Made by a program: the position numbers and the translations under genes
Shown here: positions 63,520 through 64,000 of the stretch, in pieces
How the letters are laid out: every line of letters starts with the position of its first letter
How positions within the stretch are numbered: position 1 is the stretch's first letter
Assembly: GCA_949358305.1 (NCBI GenBank)
Contig: OX442314.1
Span: 20,026,001 to 20,090,000, forward strand
Direction of reading: 5' to 3'
Length of the DNA stretch: 64,000 bases
DNA from: Strigamia acuminata
Taxonomy: Eukaryota
The notes under the pieces: model-generated
Told to the model about the DNA's origin: nothing
The model's database searches: none
What the model saw: the letters and a program-made list of their open reading frames with translations, nothing else

Positions 63520-64000
63520 ACGTGAATCGCCGAAAGATTTGGTACAAACAAAATACAAAGTTTCGCTATTTCAAAATTTAACTATCAGATCCTAAAATAA
63601 AATTGTATTATTTGACAGATAAAATACGTTATTTATTACAAGAAATTAAAGAATAAAAGCTTGTTGAATTAGAATCTGTACCACACCCAATACATACAGC
63701 GCAGGACAGAACATTGGTTGAGTTGGATAAATGATTAAAAAGAAAACAATTTTCAAAATATAACCAAACTAATAATAGATTTGCATTTTAATCATGCTGA
63801 AATAATGTGACAATAAGTACAAGATTGATCTCTTTCTCACCAATACAAAAAAAAAAAAAAAAAAAATTTAACCTTAGAAATCAGTGACAAAACTTTGCTA
63901 CAGCAATTTCTCTCTCTTTCTTTCACATATTCTTGTCCAGGACCACTTGATACATATTTGCATTTTGACTTTCATTTAAAAAAACAATTTTATTTTTTTT

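Overview
AT-rich eukaryotic DNA, probably an invertebrate animal, with short (about 50-80 nt) GT-AG introns and many transposons. On the minus strand (1-18880) is the 5' part of a many-exon, single-pass receptor gene: signal peptide, about 530-aa N-terminal extension, ANF-receptor/periplasmic-binding-type domain, 3 EGF-like repeats, TM helix and the start of a kinase-homology-like region, resembling a receptor guanylyl cyclase. Head-to-head with it, about 630 bp away, begins a plus-strand tandem array of 8 paralogues (19507-63519; 7 apparently intact, 1 broken). They encode secreted proteins I do not recognise: a signal peptide, His-, Ser- and Gln-rich blocks, 0-6 copies of a Gly/Asn-rich cassette (Q-LESSGGGFNANINQNNxFSPxFGNxGxIGSIG-GR-AAx), a conserved C-terminal YFFDF domain and a spliced Ser/acidic tail. 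They look like multi-copy peptide precursors or repeat-based structural (amyloid/adhesive) proteins. Mobile elements include two intact copia LTR retrotransposons, one decayed copia, BEL and Gypsy remnants, an intact spliced P-superfamily (THAP) transposon with a 7-bp TSD, MULE fragments and many, often nested, MITEs. All exon models were read by eye and are unverified.
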